From Macrostomum lignano (taxonomy: Eukaryota): a stretch of 64,000 nt of DNA. Position 1 is the first letter of the stretch. Each line of letters opens with the position of its first letter. The notes under the pieces were generated by a model, which was not told the origin of the DNA, did not search any database, and worked only from the letters and a program-made list of their open reading frames with translations. Both the position numbers and the translations under genes were made by a program. The stretch is taken from positions 1-64,000 of the forward strand of contig NIVC01001304.1 of assembly GCA_002269645.1 (NCBI GenBank), read 5' to 3'. Positions 58,702 to 64,000 of this stretch are shown piece by piece.

Positions 58702-58923
58702 CCCGTATAGCAATCCGACGTCTCCGACATTCAATTCCGACGTTTATCGGTGTCCCTGGCAAACAGCTGCACATTAAAATTACACCGACTTTCAGCCGGC
58801 GTACGACATCATTATAACTGTCGGCGCAATGTTAAAACATCAATTTGCCAGCGACGTTCACCGAGTTCGGGTACGTCGAATTGTCGGCGGACGTCGGGAA
58901 TGTTGCGCGGGCAGATTGCTGGG
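58702..58923. mobile_element. Possible MITE-like element with imperfect inverted repeats
   Basis: AGCAATC-CGACGTC-TCCGAC...AATTCCGACGT on the left versus ACGTCGAATT-GTCGG-GACGTCGG...GATTGCTGGG on the right; no TSD identified. Confidence 0.35.
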
Positions 58924-59014
58924 TTGCCTGATCTATCGTAACTCTTTAAAAAGCAACCACTTTCTAATTCCAGACAGACCACAATGTTGATAAAAATTCG
59001 GGCAAAAGTAGAAA

Positions 59015-61833
59015 TTACTCCGATTTGATTGCAGCATCCTCTTTCGGTGCAGCCTCCTGATCTTCATCAGCCTGAGTCTCGCCCGTCACCACCATGAAAA
59101 CCTTCTGCAGAGCCAAGGTCAGTCCGTGGTAGCGGCGCTGGAAGGATGCCGGCTTTCGCTCCCAGGCCACGCAGAGAAAGTACACTGGAATGCCGACGGC
59201 GATGAAGCCGAGGCACTTCAGGCTCTGCTCTGGCGCCTGGTAGATCGTCATGGCAACCAAGCCAAAGCACCACAGCAGCACGAACACGGGAATGGGCAGG
59301 GGGATCTTGATCGGCCTGTGCAGGTTTGGCCGCAAGTAGCGCAAATAGAGCAGCGAAGACATAGTGAGGGTCAGGATGATGTTGAACGCAAAACCCAGCA
59401 GGTTGATCAGCGTCCAGATGTCAGCGAGGAAAAGCAGAGCCAGAGAAATTATGAGCTGCGGAGTGTTAGAAAACATAGTTTATTAAAGTCTACTAGCGGC
59501 TGTTGCCAGCAACCTTCCCCTGCCTAAAATTACACTGAATAAAAGCTCTCATCTCTACCCCGATGTACACTGAATAGCAGCTATCATCTCTACCCCGGTG
59601 TACACTGAATAGCAGCTATCATCTCTACCCCGGTGTACACTGAATAGCAGCTATCATCTCTACCCGATGTACACTGAATAGCAGCTATCATGCACCTCTA
59701 CCATGATGTACACTGAATAGCAGTTATCATCTCTACCCAATGTACACTGAATAGCAGCTATCATGCACCTCTACCATGATGTACACTGAATAGCAGCTAT
59801 CATGCACCTCTACCCCGATATACACTGAATAGCAGCTATCATCTCTACCCAAAGTACACTGAATAGCAGCTATCATGCACCTCTACCATGATGTACACTG
59901 AATAGCAGCTATCATCTCTACCCCGATGTACACTGAATAGCAGCTATCATGCACCTCTACCCCGATGTACACTGAATAGCAGCTATTCAGTATGTTCTAT
60001 TCAGATACATCTCTACCCATGCAATGTACACTGAATAGCAGCTATCATCTCTACCCATGCAATGTACACTGAATAGCAGCTATCATCTCTACCCATGCAA
60101 TGTACACTGAATAGCAGCTATCATCTCTACCCCGATGTACACTGAATAGCAGCTATCATCTCTACCCCGGTGTACACTGAATAGCAGCTATCATCTCTAC
60201 CCGATGTACACTGAATAGCAGCTATCATGCACCTCTACCATGATGTACACTGAATAGCAGTTATCATCTCTACCCAATGTACACTGAATAGCAGCTATCA
60301 TGCACCTCTACCATGATGTACACTGAATAGCAGCTATCATGCACCTCTACCCCGATATACACTGAATAGCAGCTATCATCTCTACCCAAAGTACACTGAA
60401 TAGCAGCTATCATGCACCTCTACCATGATGTACACTGAATAGCAGCTATCATCTCTACCCCGATGTACACTGAATAGCAGCTATCATGCACCTCTACCCC
60501 GATGTACACTGAATAGCAGCTATCATCTCTACCCAATGTACACTGAATAGCAGCCATCCACTCTACCCAAAGATCACATTAAATAAAAATCACCAAAGCT
60601 GCTCACCATAACGATGAGCGATGGCAGAGGCGTGAGCTGCTTATAGCTGATCATGGCCAAGAACTCGGGCAGCTGGCCCTCCCGAGCGCCCACATAGAAA
60701 ACCCGGGAGATGCTCATCGTGCCGCCGTTGATGGCACCGAACACCGAGATGGCGACGAACAGCGGCATGAGGAAGGCAGCCGGGCCCATCTTGTCGTTGG
60801 CGAAGGTGATGGCCACCGCGTTGGAGGAGATGATCTGCTCCGGGGACAGCACGGCAGCGTAGGCCACATTTGCCAGCAAGTAGACCGCGGTCACGATGGT
60901 GATACTGATGACTATCGCTAGGGGAAGATTTCTGTAGGGATTCTGCAGCTCCTCGATCAGAAAGTTCAGGTAGTTCCTGACAGTTCAATGGATGGGTTCT
61001 GGCGATAAATTTTCTAAATTCAAGATAGTAAAGTTTTTTGGTCCAAACCGTCATTCGATGGTTCAAGATGTGTAGAAAAGTGTCAAAGTATCGGTGTCAG
61101 GATCTGCAGATGGGTGTCAGGATCTGCAGATGGGTGTCAGGATCTGCAGATGTGTGTCAGGATCTGCAGATGGAAGTCAGGATCTGCAGATGGGTGTCAG
61201 GATCTGCAGATGGGTGTCAGGATCTCGATCAGGATCTCTATATAGACTTCAGTGTCTCCAAAGATTTCCTTGTGTTATCGGGACGCATCATATGTTGCTA
61301 CTCATGAGTAGTAACAGCTGCATTGAACCCGACTTTCCAATTCCACGCACCATCCGCCGTAAGCCCAGAAACCGGCGTAGAACCCGAAGGCCAGGGTTTT
61401 GCCATTGATGTCCGAGCCCTCGAATGCGTCCTGCAGGTTGTTGCTGTAGCCTGCGAGTGGAAATGGGGAGCGGAGGGTGGGTGAACTGCATGAGGTCCCG
61501 TCAGAGAACTCAGGCTCAGAATTTCTTAGAAATGCTAATGACTCTCAGAGCAACGTCTCATAGAAATATTCACTATTGCTTTGCGTTTTTCGAATTTTGG
61601 AAGTGTCTCTAATGCCAACTCAGAATGAAGAGCGTTCTCAGTGCCTTGAGCACACCCGATCGGCGCTGACAGAACAAACTGCACGGCAGTGGGGCTGCTC
61701 TGTTTACCTTTGCCAACGTGAATGAAGCCGAGAATGATGATGATCACGAGGGCCAGCAGCTTGCATCCGGTGAAAATTATCTGAGTTTTGGCCGCCCACT
61801 TCACGTTGATGCAGTTGATGGCCGTCAGCAGGC
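59015..61833 (-). CDS. SLC7 L-type/y+L amino-acid transporter light chain, last 4 exons (5' exons beyond the window)
   Basis: complement join(61833-61708,61450-61351,60976-60607,59455-59015), in phase. [80 protein letters not shown]. Confidence 0.93.
59545..60570. repeat. 34-40-bp minisatellite (TGTACACTGAATAGCAGCTATCATCTCTACCCCGA) with a ~400-bp higher-order duplication
   Basis: Read directly; last SLC7 intron. Confidence 0.94.
61094..61225. repeat. 20-bp minisatellite (GTCAGGATCTGCAGATGGGT)
   Basis: Read directly; SLC7 intron. Confidence 0.9.
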
Positions 61834-62189
61834 CTGCGGGATGGAGATGGCGGGAGGCTGGGGTTGGGCTTGACTCAGGCGATGCTATGAGATCCTTCAC
61901 AGACTCTCCAGTTGCCATCGCTGTCTTCTGTGCTCATTTAAACCCGAGTCCCGAGCGCCCCATGCCTCGGGCGGTGACCTACAAGGCCCACTTTTTTGAG
62001 TCTGGACTTGGCAACTCAATCAAGCATGCAAAACAATTTTATTTTATTTTGGAATTCTCACTCTATGGATTTGTGTTCCTCCTCGGCATCCATATTCTCC
62101 CTATTTCCAGCATCGCTTACTTCCCATTCTCACTGGTCTGATACCAATTCCTCCTAATCACATCACTGCCTGGTCCCACACTCCCCGTT

Positions 62190-64000
62190 CCCATCACTCC
62201 CCGATCCCATCACTCTTTGATCCTATCACTCCTTGATCCCATCACTCCATGATCCCCTCACTCCATGATCCCATCACTCCCTGATCCCATCACTCCCTGA
62301 TCCAATTACTCCCTGATCCAATTACTCCCTGATCCCATCACTCCCTGATCCCATCACTCCCTGATCCCATCACTCCCTGATCCAATTACTCCCTGATCCC
62401 ATCACTCCATGATCCCCTCACTCCCTGATCCCATCACTCCCTGATCCCATCACTCCATGATCCCCTCACTCCCTGATCCCATCACTCCCTGATCCCATCA
62501 CTCCCTGATCCCATCACTCCCTGATCCAATTACTCCCTGATCCCATCACTCCATGATCCCCTCACTCCCTGATCCCATCACTCCCTGATCCAATTACTCC
62601 CTGATCCCATTACTACCTGATCCCATCACTCCTTGATCCCATCACTCCATGATCCCATCACTCCCTGATCCCATCACTCCCTGATCCAATTACTCCCTGA
62701 TCCAATTACTCCCTGATCCCATCACTCCCTGATCCCATCACTCCCTGATCCCACCACTCCCTGATCCAATTACTCCCTGATCCCATCACTCTTTGATCCT
62801 ATCATTCCTTGATCCCATCACTCCATGATCCCCTCACTCCATGATCCCATCACTCCCTGATCCCATCACTCCCTGATCCAATTACTCCCTGATCCAATTA
62901 CTCCCTGATCCCATCACTCCCTGATCCCATCACTCCCTGATCCCACCACTCCCTGATCCAATTACTCCCTGATCCCATCACTCTTTGATCCTATCATTCC
63001 TTGATCCCATCACTCCATGATCCCCTCACTCCATGATCCCATCACTCCCTGATCCCATCACTCCCTGATCCAATTACTCCCTGATCCAATTACTCCCTGA
63101 TCCCATCACTCCCTGATCCCATCACTCCCTGATCCCATCACTCCCTGATCCAATTACTCCCTGATCCCATCACTCCATGATCCCCTCACTCCCTGATCCC
63201 ATCACTCCCTGATCCCATCACTCCATGATCCCCTCACTCCCTGATCCCATCACTCCCTGATCCCATCACTCCCTGATCCCATCACTCCCTGATCCAATTA
63301 CTCCCTGATCCCATCACTCCATGATCCCCTCACTCCCTGATCCCATCACTCCCTGATCCAATTACTCCCTGATCCCATTACTACCTGATCCCATCACTCC
63401 TTGATCCCATCACTCCATGATCCCATCACTCCCTGATCCCATCACTCCCTGATCCAATTACTCCCTGATCCAATTACTCCCTGATCCCATCACTCCCTGA
63501 TCCCATCACTCCCTGATCCCACCACTCCCTGATCCAATTACTCCCTGATCCCATCACTCCCTGATCCCATCACTCCCTGATCCCATCACTCCCTGATCCA
63601 ATTACTCCCTGATCCCATCACTCCATGATCCCCTCACTCCCTGATCCCATCACTCCCTGATCCCATCACTCCCTGATCCAATTACTCCATGATCCCATCA
63701 CTCCATGATCCAATTACTCCCTGATCCCATTACTACCTGATCCCATTACTACCTGATCCCATCACTCCATGATCCCCTCACTCCATGATCCCCTCACTCC
63801 CTGATCCCCTCACTCCATGATCCCCTCACTCCATGATCCCATCACTCCCTGATCCCATCACTCCCTGATCCCATCACTCCCTGATCCCATCACTCCCTGA
63901 TCCAATTACTCCCTGATCCCATTACTACCTGATCCCATTACTCCATGATCCCATCACTCCCTGATCCCATCACTCCCTGATCCCAGCACTCCCTGATCCC
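62190..64000. repeat. 16-bp minisatellite (GATCCCATCACTCCCT), running off the window
   Basis: Read directly; presumably an SLC7 intron. Confidence 0.96.

Overview
Eukaryotic (animal) genomic DNA with GC-rich spliced genes whose introns and intergenic spaces are filled with minisatellites. The style suggests a flatworm such as Macrostomum; that is an inference, not shown by the sequence. (1) Bases 1 to about 8.5 kb are the right part of a Polinton/Maverick (adintovirus-like) element: pPolB C-terminus, adenain-type protease, membrane and coiled-coil proteins, A32/FtsK packaging ATPase, major and minor capsid proteins, internal repeat arrays and a candidate terminus. Most of its frameshifts fall at homopolymers. 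(2) Host genes: an intronless class A GPCR, a syntaxin-6-like protein that lacks the SNARE motif, a K2P/TWiK channel with a ~210-aa extracellular cap and an 8.5-kb minisatellite intron, an NRF-6/OACYL-like acyltransferase, a ZnT2-like zinc transporter and the 3' part of an SLC7 amino-acid transporter. (3) A full-length LOA-type non-LTR retrotransposon (51618-57518, 13-bp TSD). Its first nucleotide is the predicted cleavage site of an HDV-like self-cleaving ribozyme with a ~170-nt J1/2 insert and a compensated A-U/C-G P1.1; this is the strongest finding. Most long ORFs in the supplied track are artefacts of tandem repeats. All structures and alignments were done by eye.
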